A stretch of 64,000 nt of DNA from Eledone cirrhosa (lineage: Eukaryota), in the NCBI GenBank assembly GCA_964016885.1, contig OZ024742.1, positions 331,514,001 to 331,578,000 of the forward strand, read 5' to 3'. Below the pieces are notes generated by a model. That model had not been told where the DNA came from. It saw nothing but the letters and a program-made list of their open reading frames with translations, and did not search any database. Made by a program: the position numbers and the translations under genes. Positions 14,301-27,947 of the stretch are shown here, one piece after another (within the stretch, counting starts at the first letter, position 1; each line of letters begins with the position of its first letter).

Positions 14301-17300
14301 GGTGAACACTGAACACTGAATATTGAATATTGAAGGTTATTTTTGCAGAAGAGAGGATTTAGTGGCAGTTGGGGTGAACACTGAACACTGAATATTGAAT
14401 ATTGAAGGTTATTTTTGCAGAAGAGAGGATTTAGTGGCAGTTGGGGTGAACAATGAACACTGAACACTGAATATTTAAGGTTATTTTTGCAGAAGAGAGG
14501 ATTTAGTGGCAGTTGGGGTGAACACTGAACACTGAATATTGAATATTGAAGGTTATCTTTGCAGAAGAGAGGATTTAGTGGCAGTTGGGGTGAACACTGA
14601 ACACTGAATATTGAATATTGAAAGTTATTTTTGGCAGAAGAGAGGATTTAGTGGCAGTTGGGGTGAACACTGAACACTGAATATTGAAGGTTATTTTTGC
14701 AGAAGAGTGGATTTAGTGGCAGTTGGGGTGAACACTGAACACTGATCACTGAATATTGAAGGTTATTTTTGGCAGACGAGAGGATTTAGTGGCAGTTGGG
14801 GTGAACACTGAACACTGAATATTGAATATTGAAGGTTATTTTTGCAGAAGAGAGGATTTAGTGGCAGTTGGGGTAAACACTGAACACTGAATATTGAATA
14901 TTGAAGGTTATCTTTGCAGAAGAGAGGATTTAGTGGCAGTTGGGGTGAACACTGATCACTGAATATTGAATATTGAAGGTTATTTTTGCAGAAGAGAGGA
15001 TTTAGTGGCAGTTGGGGTGAACACTGAACACTGAATATTGAAGGTTATTTTTGGCAGAAGAGAGGATTTAGTGGCAGTTGGGGTGAACACTGAACACTGA
15101 ACACTGAACACTGAATATTGAAGGTTATTTTTGGCAGAAGAGAGGATTTAGTGGCAGTTGGGGTGAACACTAAACACTGAACACTGAATATTGAAGGTTA
15201 TTTTTGCAGAGGAGAGGATTTAGTGGCAGTTGGGGTGAACACTGAACACTGAACACTGAATATTGAAGGTTATTTTTGGCAGAAGACAAGATTTAGTGGC
15301 AGTTGGGGTGAACATTGAACATTGAATTTTGAATATTGAAGGTTATTTTTGGCAGAAGAGAGGATTTAGTGGCTGTTGGGGTGAACACTGAACACTGAAC
15401 ATTGAATATTGAAGGTTATTTTTGCAGAAGAGAAGATTTAGTGGCAGTTGGGGTGAACACTGAACACTGAATATTGAAGGTTATTTTTGGCAGAAGAGTG
15501 GATTTAGTGGCAGTTGGGGTGAACACTGAACACTGAACACTGAATATTGAAGGTCATTTTTGGCAGAAGAGAGGATTTAGTGGCATTTGGGGTGAACACT
15601 GAACACTGAACACTGAACACTGAATATTGAAGGTTATTTTTGGCAGAAGAGAGGATTTAGTGGCAGTTGGGGTGAACACTGAACACTGAACACTCAATAT
15701 TGAAGATTATTTTTGTCAGAAGAGAGGATTTATTGGCAGTTGGGGTGAACACTGAACACTGATACCTGAATATTGAAGGTTATTCTTGGCAGAAGAGAGG
15801 ATTTAGTGGCAGTTGGGGTGAACACTGAATATTGAAGGTTATCTTTGGCAGAAGAGAGGATTTAGTGGCAGTTGGGGTGAACACTGAACACTGAATATTG
15901 AAGGTTATTTTTGGCAGAAGAGAGGATTTAGTGGCAGTTGGGGTGAACACTGAATATTGAAGGTTATCTTTGGCAGAAGAGAGGATTTAGTGGCAGTTGG
16001 GCTGAACACGGAATATTGAATATTGAAGTTTATTTTTGCAGAAGAGAGGATTTAGTGACAGTTGGGGTGAACACTGAACACTGAATATTGAATATTGAAG
16101 GTTATTTTTGCAGAAGAGAGGATTTAGTGGCAGTTGGGCTTAACACTGAACACTGAATATTGAATATTGAAGGTTATTTTTGCAGAAGAGAAGATTTAGT
16201 GGCAGTTGGGGTGAACACTGAACACTGAATATTGAATATTGAAGGTTATTTTTGCAGAAGAGAGGATTTAGTGGCAGTTGGGGTGAACAATGAACACTGA
16301 ACAATAATATTGAAGGTTATTTTTGCAGAAGAGAGGATTTAGTGGCAGTTGGGGTGAACACTGAACACTGAATATTGAATATTGAAGGTTATTTTTGGCA
16401 GAAGAGAGGATTTAGTGGCAGTTGGGGTGAACACTGAACACTGAATATTGAAGGTTATTTTTGCAGAAGAGAGGATTTAGTGGCAGTTGGGGTGAACACT
16501 GAACACTGATCACTGAATATTGAAGGTTATTTTTGGCAGACGAGAGGATTTATTGGCAGTTTGGGTGAACACTGAACACTGAATATTGAATATTGAAGGT
16601 TATTTTTGCAGAAGAGAGGATTTAGTGGCAGTTGGGGTGAACACTGAACACTGAATATTGAATATTGAAGGTTATCTTTGCAGAAGAGAGGATTTAGTGG
16701 CTGTTGGGGTGAACACTGAATATTGAAGGTTATCTTTGGCAGAAGAGAGGATTTAGTGGCAGTTGGGGTGAACACTGAATATTGAATATTGAAGTTTATT
16801 TTTGCAGAAGAGAGGATTTAGTGACAGTTGGGGTGAACACTGAACACTGAATATTGAATATTGAAGGTTATTTTTGCAGAAGAGAGGATTTAGTGGCAGT
16901 TGGGGTGAACACTGAACACTGAATATTGAAGGTTATTTTTGCAGAAGAGAGGATTTAGTGGCAGTTGGGGTGAACACTGAACACTGATCACTGAATATTG
17001 AAGGTTATTTTTGGCAGACGAGAGTATTTAGTGGCAGTTGGGGTGAACACTGAACACTGAATATTGAATATTGAAGGTTATTTTTGCAGAAGAGAGGATT
17101 TAGTGGCAGTTGGGGTGAACACTGAACACTGAATATTGAATATTGAAGGTTATCTTTGCAGAAGAGAGGATTTAGTGGCAGTTGGGGTGAACACTGAATA
17201 TTGAAGGTTATCTTTGGCAGAAGAGAGGATTTAGTGGCAGTTGGGGTGAACACTGAACACTGAATATTGAATATTGAAGGTTATTTTTGCAGAAGAGAGG

Positions 17301-17329
17301 ATTTAGTGGCAGTTGGGGTGAACACTGAA

Positions 17330-20300
17330 CACTGAATATTGAATATTGAAGGTTATTTTTGCAGAAGAGAGGATTTAGTGGCAGTTGGGGTGAACACTGA
17401 ACACTGAATATTGAATATTGAAGGTTATTTTTGCAGAAGAGAGGATTTAGTGGCAGTTGGGGTGAACACTGAACACTGATCACTGAATATTGAAGGTTAT
17501 TTTTGGCAGACGAGAGGATTTAGTGGCAGTTGGGGTGAACACTGAACACTGAATATTGAATATTGAAGGTTATTTTTGCAGAAGAGAGGATTTAGTGGCA
17601 GTTGGGGTGAACACTGAACACTGAATATTGAATATTGAAGGTTATCTTTGCAGAAGAGAGGATTTAGTGGGAGTTGGGGTGAACACTGATCACTGAATAT
17701 TGAATATTGAAGGTTATTTTTGCAGAAGAGAGGATTTAGTGGCAGTTGGGGTGAACACTGAACACTGAATATTGAATATTGAAGGTTATTTTTGCAGAAG
17801 AGAGGATTTAGTGGCAGTTGGGGTGAACACTGAACACTGAATATTGAATATTGAAGGTTATTTTTGCATAAGAGAGGATTTAGTGGCAGTTGGGTGAACA
17901 CTGAACGCTGAACACTGAATATTGAATGTTCTTTTTGCAGAAGAGAGGATTTAGTGGCAGTTGGGGTGAACACTGAACACTGAATATTGAAGGTTATTTT
18001 TGGCAGAAGAGAGGATTTAGTGGCAGTTGGGGTGAACACTGAAAACTGAATATTGAATATTGAAGGTTATTTTTGGCAGAAGAGAGGATTTAGTGGCAGT
18101 TGGGGTGAACACTGAACACTGATTATTGAAGGTTATTTTTCGCAAAAGAGAGGATTTAGTGGCAGTTTGGGTGAGCACTGAACACTGAATATTGAATATT
18201 GAAGGTTATTTTTGGCAGAAGAGAGGATTTAGTGGCAGTTGGGGTGAACACTGAACACTGAATATTGAAGGTTATTTTTGGCAGAAGATAGGATTTAGTG
18301 GCAGTTGGGGTGAACACTGAACACTGAACACTGAATATTGAAGGTTATTTTTGGCAGAAGAGAGGATTTAGTGGCAGTTGGGGTGAACACTAAACACTGA
18401 ACACTGAATATTGAAGGTTATTTTTGCAGAAGAGAGGATTTAGTGGCAGTTGGGGTGAACACTGAACACTGAACACTGAATATTGAAGGTTATTTTTGGC
18501 AGAAGAGAGGATTTAGTGGCAGTTGGGGTGAACACTGAATATTGAAGGTTATCTTTGGCAGAAGAGAGGATTTAGTGGCAGTTGGGGTGAACACTGAACA
18601 CTGAATATTGAAGGTTATTTTTGGCAGAAGAGAGGATTTAGTGGCAGTTGGGGTGAACACTGAATATTGAAGGTTATCTTTGGCAGAAGAGAGGATTTAG
18701 TGGCAGTTGGGGTGAACACTGAATATTGAATATTGAAGGTTATTTTTGCAGAAGAGAGGATTTAGTGACAGTTGGGGTGAACACTGAACACTGAATATTG
18801 AATATTGAAGGTTATTTTTGCAGAAGAGAGGATTTAGTGGCAGTTGGGGTGAACACTGAACACTGAATATTGAATATTGAAGGTTATTTTTGCAGAAGAG
18901 AGGATTTAGTGGCAGTTGGGGTGAACAATGAACACTGAACACTGAATATTGAAGGTTATTTTTGCAGAAGAGAGGATTTAGTGGCAGTTGGGGTGAACAC
19001 TGAACACTGAATATTGAATATTGAAGGTTATTTTTGCAGAAGAGAGGATTTAGTGGCAGTTGGGGTGAACACTGAACACTGAACACTGAATATTGAAGGT
19101 TATTTCTGGCAGAAGAGAGGGTTTAGTGGCAGTTAGGGTGAACACTGAACACTGAATATTGAATATTGAAGGTTATTTTTGGCAGAAGAGAGGATTTAGT
19201 GGCAGTTGGGGTGAACACTGAACACTGAATATTGAATGTTTATTTTTGCAGAAGAGAGGATTTAGTGGCAGTTGGGGTGAACACTGAACACTGATCACTG
19301 AATATTGAAGGTTATTTTTGGCAGACGAGAGGATTTAGTGGCAGTTGGAGTGAACACTGAACACTGAATATTGAATATTGAAGGTTATTTTTGGCAGAAG
19401 AGAGGATTTAGTGGCAGTTGGGGTGAACACTTACCACTGAATATTGAATATTGAAGGTTATCTTTGCAGAAGAGAGGATTTAGTGGCAGTTGGTGTGAAC
19501 ACTGATCACTGAATATTGAATATTGAAGGTTATTTTTGCAGAAGAGAGGATTTAGTGGCAGTTGGGGTGAACACTGAACACTGAATATTGAATATTGAAG
19601 GTTATTTTTGCAGAAGAGAGGATTTAGTGGCAGTTGGGGTGAACACTGAACACTGATCACTGAATATTGAAGGTTATTTTTGGCAGACGAGAGGATTTAG
19701 TGGCAGTTGGGGTGAACACTGAACACTGAATATTGAATATTGAAGGTTATTTTTGCAGAAGAGAGGATTTAGTGGCAGTTGGGGTGAACACTGAACACTG
19801 AATATTGAATATTGAAGGTTATCTTTGCAGAAGAGAGGATTTAGTGGGAGTTGGGGTGAACACTGATCACTGAATATTGAATATTGAAGGTTATTTTTGC
19901 AGAAGAGAGGATTTAGTGGCAGTTGGGGTGAACACTGAACACTGAATATTGAATATTGAAGGTTATTTTTGCAGAAGAGAGGATTTAGTGGCAGTTGGGG
20001 TGAACACTGAACACTGAATATTGAATATTGAAGGTTATTTTTGCATAAGAGAGGATTTAGTGGCAGTTGGGTGAACACTGAACGCTGAACACTGAATATT
20101 GAATGTTCTTTTTGCAGAAGAGAGGATTTAGTGGCAGTTGGGGTGAACACTGAACACTGAATATTGAAGGTTATTTTTGGCAGAAGAGAGGATTTAGTGG
20201 CAGTTGGGGTGAACACTGAAAACTGAATATTGAATATTGAAGGTTATTTTTGGCAGAAGAGAGGATTTAGTGGCAGTTGGGGTGAACACTGAACACTGAT

Positions 20301-21748
20301 TATTGAAGGTTATTTTTCGCAAAAGAGAGGATTTAGTGGCAGTTTGGGTGAGCACTGAACACTGAATATTGAATATTGAAGGTTATTTTTGGCAGAAGAG
20401 AGGATTTAGTGGCAGTTGGGGTGAACACTGAACACTGAATATTGAAGGTTATTTTTGGCAGAAGATAGGATTTAGTGGCAGTTGGGGTGAACACTGAACA
20501 CTGAACACTGAATATTGAAGGTTATTTTTGGCAGAAGAGAGGATTTAGTGGCAGTTGGGGTGAACACTAAACACTGAACACTGAATATTGAAGGTTATTT
20601 TTGCAGAAGAGAGGATTTAGTGGCAGTTGGGGTGAACACTGAACACTGAACACTGAATATTGAAGGTTATTTTTGGCAGAAGAGAGGATTTAGTGGCAGT
20701 TGGGGTGAACACTGAATATTGAAGGTTATCTTTGGCAGAAGAGAGGATTTAGTGGCAGTTGGGGTGAACACTGAACACTGAATATTGAAGGTTATTTTTG
20801 GCAGAAGAGAGGATTTAGTGGCAGTTGGGGTGAACACTGAATATTGAAGGTTATCTTTGGCAGAAGAGAGGATTTAGTGGCAGTTGGGGTGAACACTGAA
20901 TATTGAATATTGAAGGTTATTTTTGCAGAAGAGAGGATTTAGTGACAGTTGGGGTGAACACTGAACACTGAATATTGAATATTGAAGGTTATTTTTGCAG
21001 AAGAGAGGATTTAGTGGCAGTTGGGGTGAACACTGAACACTGAATATTGAATATTGAAGGTTATTTTTGCAGAAGAGAGGATTTAGTGGCAGTTGGGGTG
21101 AACAATGAACACTGAACACTGAATATTGAAGGTTATTTTTGCAGAAGAGAGGATTTAGTGGCAGTTGGGGTGAACACTGAACACTGAATATTGAATATTG
21201 AAGGTTATTTTTGCAGAAGAGAGGATTTAGTGGCAGTTGGGGTGAACACTGAACACTGAACACTGAATATTGAAGGTTATTTCTGGCAGAAGAGAGGGTT
21301 TAGTGGCAGTTAGGGTGAACACTGAACACTGAATATTGAATATTGAAGGTTATTTTTGGCAGAAGAGAGGATTTAGTGGCAGTTGGGGTGAACACTGAAC
21401 ACTGAATATTGAATGTTTATTTTTGCAGAAGAGAGGATTTAGTGGCAGTTGGGGTGAACACTGAACACTGATCACTGAATATTGAAGGTTATTTTTGGCA
21501 GACGAGAGGATTTAGTGGCAGTTGGAGTGAACACTGAACACTGAATATTGAATATTGAAGGTTATTTTTGGCAGAAGAGAGGATTTAGTGGCAGTTGGGG
21601 TGAACACTTACCACTGAATATTGAATATTGAAGGTTATCTTTGCAGAAGAGAGGATTTAGTGGCAGTTGGTGTGAACACTGATCACTGAATATTGAATAT
21701 TGAAGGTTATTTTTGCAGAAGAGAGGATTTAGTGGCAGTTGGGGTGAA
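17330..21748. repeat. Near-perfect tandem duplication, period 2177 bp (about 31 monomers)
   Basis: Identical pseudo-ORFs at 17497/19674 and 18697/20874. Private variants GTGGGAGTT (about 17670/19847) and TTACCACTG (19431/21608) are offset by 2177. Confidence 0.93.
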
Positions 21749-22850
21749 GACTGAACACTGAATATTGAATATTGAAGGTTATTTTTGCATAAGAGAGGAT
21801 TTAGTGGCAGTTGGGTGAACACTGAACGCTGAACACTGAACATTGAAGGTTCTTTTTGCAGAAGAGAGGATTTAGTGGCAGTTGGGGTGAACACTGAACA
21901 CTGAATATTGAAGGTTATTTTTGGCAGAAGAGAGGATTTAGTGGCAGTTTGGGTGAACACTGAACACTGAATATTGAATATTGAAGGTTATTTTTGGCAG
22001 AAGAGAGGATTTAGTGGCAGTTGGGGTGAACACTGAACACTGATTATTGAAGGTTATTTTTGGCAGAAGAGAGGATTTAGTGGCAGTTTCGGTGAACACT
22101 GAACTCTAAATATTGAATATTGAAGGTTATTTTTGGCAGAAGAGAGGATTTAGTGGCAGTTGGGGTGAACACTGAACACTGAACACTGAATATTGAAGGT
22201 TATTTTTGGCAGAAGAAAGATTTAGTGGCAGTTGGGGTGAACACTGAACATTGAATTTTGAATATTGAAGGTTATTTTTGGCAGAAGAGAGGATTTAGTG
22301 GCAGTTGGGGTGAACACTGAACAGTGAACACTGAATATTGAAGGTTATTTTTGCCAGAAGAGAGGATTTAGTGGCAGTTGGGGTGAACACTGAACACTGA
22401 ATATTGAATATTGAAGGTTATTTTTGCAGAAGAGAAGATTTAGTGGCAGTTGGGGTGAACACTGAACACTGAATATTGAAGGTTATTTTCGGCAGAAGAG
22501 AGGATTTAGTGGCAGTTGGGGTGAACACTGAACACTGAATATTGAAGGTTATTTTTCCAGAAGAGAGGATTTAGTGGCCGTTGCGGTGAACACTGAACAC
22601 TGAATATTGAATATTGAAGGTTATTTTTGCAGAAGACAGGATTTAGTGGCCGTTGCGTTGAACACTGAACACTGAATATTGAATATTGAAGGTTATTTTT
22701 GCAGAAGAGAGGATTTAGTGGCAATTGGGGTGAACACTGAACACTGAATATTGAAGGTTATTTTTGCAGAAGAGAGGATTTCGTGGCAGTTGGAGTGAAC
22801 GCTGAACACTGAATATTGAATATTGAAGGTTATTTTTTCAGAAGAGAGCA

Positions 22851-25800
22851 TTTAGTGGCAGTTGGGGTGAACACTGAACACTGAATATTGAATATTGAAC
22901 GTCATTTTTGCAGAAGAGAGGATTTAGTGGCAGTTGGGGTGAACACTGAACACTGAATATTGAATATTGAAGGTTATTTTTGCAGAAGGGAGGATTTAGT
23001 GGCAGTTGGGGTTAACACTGAACACTGAATATTGAATATTGAAGGTTATTTTTGCAGAAGAGAGGATTTAGTGGCAGTTGGGATGAACACTGAACACTGA
23101 ATATTGAATATTGAAGGTTATTTTTGCAGAAGAGAGGATTTAGTGGCAGTTGGGGTGAACACTGAACACTGAATATTGAATATTGAAGGTTATTTTTGCA
23201 GAAGAGAGGATTTAGTGGCAGTTGGGGTGAACAATGAACACTGAACACTGAATATTGAAGGTTATTTTTGCAGAAGAGAGGATTTAGTGGCAGTTGGGGT
23301 GAACACTGAACACTGAATATTGAATATTGAAGGTTATTTTTGCAGAAGAGAGGATTTAGTGGCAGTTGGGGTGAACACTGAACACTGAATATTGAAGGTT
23401 ATTTTCGGCAGAAGAGAGGATTTAGTGGCAGTTGGGCTGAACACTGAACACTGAATATTGAAGGTTATTTTTCAAGAAGAGAGGATTTAGTGGCAGTTGG
23501 GGTGAACACTGAACACTGAATATTGAATATTGAAGGTTATTTTTGCAGAAGAGAGGATTTAGTGGCAGTTGCGGTGAACACTGAACACTGAATATTGAAG
23601 GTTATTTCTGGCAGAAGAGAGGATTTAGTGGCAGTTAGGGTGAACACTGAACACTGAATATTGAATATTGAAGGTTATTTTTGGCAGAAGAGAGGATTTA
23701 GTGGCAGTTGGGGTGAACACTGAACACTGAATATTGAAGGTTATTTTTGCAGAAGAGAGGATTTAGTGGCAGTTGGGGTGAACACTGAACACTGATCACT
23801 GAATACTGAAGGTTATTTTTGGCAGACGAGTGGATTTAGTGGCAGTTGGTGTGAACACTGAACACTGAATATTGAATATTGAAGGTTATTTTTGGCAGAA
23901 GAGAGGATTTAGTGGCAGTTGGGGTGAACACTGAACACTGAATATTGAATATTGAAGGTTATCTTTGCAGAAGAGAGGATTTTGTGGCAGTTGGGGTGAA
24001 CACTGATCACTGAATATTGAATATTGAAGGTTATTTTTGCAGAAGAGAGGATTTAGTGGCAGTTGGGGTGAACACTGAACACTGAATATTGAAGGTTATT
24101 TTTGGCAGAAGAGAGGATTTAGTGGCAGTTTGGGTGAACACTGAACACTGAATATTGAATATTGAAGGTTATTTTTGGCAGAAGAGAGGATTTAGTGGCA
24201 TTTGGGGTGAACACTGAACACTGATTATTGAAGGTTATTTTTGGCAGAAGAGAGGATTTAGTGGCAGTTTGGGTGAACACTGAACACTGAATATTGAATA
24301 TTGAAGGTTATTTTTGGCAGAAGAGAGGATTTAGTGGCAGTTGGGGTGAACACTGCACACTGAATATTGAAGGTTATTTTTGGCAGAAGATAGGATTTAG
24401 TGGCAGTTGGGGTGAACACTGAACACTGAACACTGAATATTGAAGGTTATTTTTGGCAGAAGAGAGGATTTAGTGGCAGTTGGGGTGAACACTAAACACT
24501 GAACACTGAATATTGAAGGTTATTTTTGCAGAAGAGAGGATTTAGTGGCAGTTGGGGTGAACACTGAACACTGAACACTGAATATTGAAGGTTATTTTTG
24601 GCAGAAGAGAGGATTTAGTGGCAGTTGGGGTGAACACTGAACACTGAACACTGAATATTGAAGGTTATTTTTGGCAGAAGAGAGGATTTAGTGGCAGTTG
24701 GGGTGAACACTGAACAGTGAACACTGAATATTGAAGGTTATTTTTGGCAGAAGAGAGGATTTAGTGGCAGTTGGGGTGAACACTGAACACTGAATATTGA
24801 ATATTGAAGGTTATTTTTGCAGAAGAGAGGATTTAGTGGCAGTTGGGGTGAACAATGAACACTGATCACTGAATATTGAAGGTTATTTTTGCAGAAGAGA
24901 GGATTTAGTGGCAGTTGGGGTGAACACTGAACACTGAATATTGAATATTGAAGGTTATTTTTGCAGAAGAGAGGATTTAGTGGCAGTTGGGGTGAACACT
25001 GAACACTGAATATTGAAGGTTATTTTCGGCAGAAGAGAGGATTTAGTGGCAGTTGGGCTGAACACTGAACACTGAATATTGAAGGTTATTTTTCAAGAAG
25101 AGAGGATTTAGTGGCAGTTGGGGTGAACACTGAACACTGAATATTGAATATTGAAGGTTATTTTTGCAGAAGAGAGGATTTAGTGGCAGTTCGGGTGAAC
25201 ACTGAACACTGAATATTGAAGGTTATTTCTGGCAGAAGAGAGGATTTAGTGGCAGTTAGGGTGAACACTGAACACTGAATATTGAATATTGAAGGTTATT
25301 TTTGGCAGAAGAGAGGATTTAGTGGCAGTTGGGGTGAACACTCGACACTGAATATTGAAGGTTATTTTTGCAGAAGAGAGGATTTAGTGGCAGTTGGGGT
25401 GAACACTGAACACTGAATATTGAATATTGAATGTCATTTTTGCAGAAGAGAGGATTTAGTGGCAGTTGGGGTGAACACTGAACACTGAATATTGAATATT
25501 GAAGGTTATTTTTGCAGAAGGGAGGATTTAGTGGCAGTTGGGGTTAACACTGAACACTGAATATTGAATATTGAAGGTTATTTTTGCAGAAGAGAGGATT
25601 TAGTGGCAGTTGGGATGAACACTGAACACTGAATATTGAATATTGAAGGTTATTTTTGCAGAAGAGAGGATTTAGTGGCAGTTGGGGTGAACACTGAACA
25701 CTGAATATTGAATATTGAAGGTTATTTTTGCAGAAGAGAGGATTTAGTGGCAGTTGGGGTGAACAATGAACACTGAACACTGAATATTGAAGGTTATTTT

Positions 25801-27947
25801 TGCAGAAGAGAGGATTTAGTGGCAGTTGGGGTGAACACTGAACACTGAATATTGAATATTGAAGGTTATTTTTGCAGAAGAGAGGATTTAGTGGCAGTTG
25901 GGGTGAACACTGAACACTGAATATTGAAGGTTATTTTCGGCAGAAGAGAGGATTTAGTGGCAGTTGGGCTGAACACTGAACACTGAATATTGAAGGTTAT
26001 TTTTCAAGAAGAGAGGATTTAGTGGCAGTTGGGGTGAACACTGAACACTGAATATTGAATATTGAAGGTTATTTTTGCAGAAGAGAGGATTTAGTGGCAG
26101 TTGCGGTGAACACTGAACACTGAATATTGAAGGTTATTTCTGGCAGAAGAGAGGATTTAGTGGCAGTTAGGGTGAACACTGAACACTGAATATTGAATAT
26201 TGAAGGTTATTTTTGGCAGAAGAGAGGATTTAGTGGCAGTTGGGGTGAACACTGAACACTGAATATTGAAGGTTATTTTTGCAGAAGAGAGGATTTAGTG
26301 GCAGTTGGGGTGAACACTGAACACTGATCACTGAATACTGAAGGTTATTTTTGGCAGACGAGTGGATTTAGTGGCAGTTGGTGTGAACACTGAACACTGA
26401 ATATTGAATATTGAAGGTTATTTTTGGCAGAAGAGAGGATTTAGTGGCAGTTGGGGTGAACACTGAACACTGAATATTGAATATTGAAGGTTATCTTTGC
26501 AGAAGAGAGGATTTTGTGGCAGTTGGGGTGAACACTGATCACTGAATATTGAATATTGAAGGTTATTTTTGCAGAAGAGAGGATTTAGTGGCAGTTGGGG
26601 TGAACACTGAACACTGAATATTGAAGGTTATTTTTGGCAGAAGAGAGGATTTAGTGGCAGTTTGGGTGAACACTGAACACTGAATATTGAATATTGAAGG
26701 TTATTTTTGGCAGAAGAGAGGATTTAGTGGCATTTGGGGTGAACACTGAACACTGATTATTGAAGGTTATTTTTGGCAGAAGAGAGGATTTAGTGGCAGT
26801 TTGGGTGAACACTGAACACTGAATATTGAATATTGAAGGTTATTTTTGGCAGAAGAGAGGATTTAGTGGCAGTTGGGGTGAACACTGCACACTGAATATT
26901 GAAGGTTATTTTTGGCAGAAGATAGGATTTAGTGGCAGTTGGGGTGAACACTGAACACTGAACACTGAATATTGAAGGTTATTTTTGGCAGAAGAGAGGA
27001 TTTAGTGGCAGTTGGGGTGAACACTAAACACTGAACACTGAATATTGAAGGTTATTTTTGCAGAAGAGAGGATTTAGTGGCAGTTGGGGTGAACACTGAA
27101 CACTGAACACTGAATATTGAAGGTTATTTTTGGCAGAAGAGAGGATTTAGTGGCAGTTGGGGTGAACACTGAACACTGAACACTGAATATTGAAGGTTAT
27201 TTTTGGCAGAAGAGAGGATTTAGTGGCAGTTGGGGTGAACACTGAACAGTGAACACTGAATATTGAAGGTTATTTTTGGCAGAAGAGAGGATTTAGTGGC
27301 AGTTGGGGTGAACACTGAACACTGAATATTGAATATTGAAGGTTATTTTTGCAGAAGAGAGGATTTAGTGGCAGTTGGGGTGAACAATGAACACTGAACA
27401 CTGAATATTGAAGGTTATTTTTGCAGAAGAGAGGATTTAGTGGCAGTTGGGGTGAACACTGAACACTGAATATTGAATATTGAAGGTTATTTTTGCAGAA
27501 GAGAGGATTTAGTGGCAGTTGGGGTGAACACTGAACACTGAATATTGAAGGTTATTTTCGGCAGAAGAGAGGATTTAGTGGCAGTTGGGCTGAACACTGA
27601 ACACTGAATATTGAAGGTTATTTTTCAAGAAGAGAGGATTTAGTGGCAGTTGGGGTGAACACTGAACACTGAATATTGAATATTGAAGGTTATTTTTGCA
27701 GAAGAGAGGATTTAGTGGCAGTTGGGGTGAACACTGAACACTGAATATTGAAGGTTATTTCTGGCAGAAGAGAGGATTTAGTGGCAGTTAGGGTGAACAC
27801 TGAACACTGAATATTGAATATTGAAGGTTATTTTTGGCAGAAGAGAGGATTTAGTGGCAGTTGGGGTGAACACTCGACACTGAATATTGAAGGTTATTTT
27901 TGCAGAAGAGAGGATTTAGTGGCAGTTGGGGTGAACACTGAACACTG
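22851..27947. repeat. Tandem duplication, period 2532 bp (about 36 monomers)
   Basis: Pseudo-ORFs at 23012/25544; GAATACTG at 23801/26333; CTCGAC at 25341/27873. A few single-base differences between copies (e.g. about 24866 and 25192). Confidence 0.92.

Larger units (their letters stand above)
1..21700. repeat. Satellite sub-domain A
   Basis: Marked by 59-bp monomers ending TATCTTTGGC (last near 20860), the GAAGTTTAT...GTGACAG pair, TTTTCGCAAAAGAG...GTGAGCAC, and 80-bp CATTTGGGG monomers. Shares the TGATCAC/AGACGAG variant with domain B. Boundary approximate. Confidence 0.75.
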
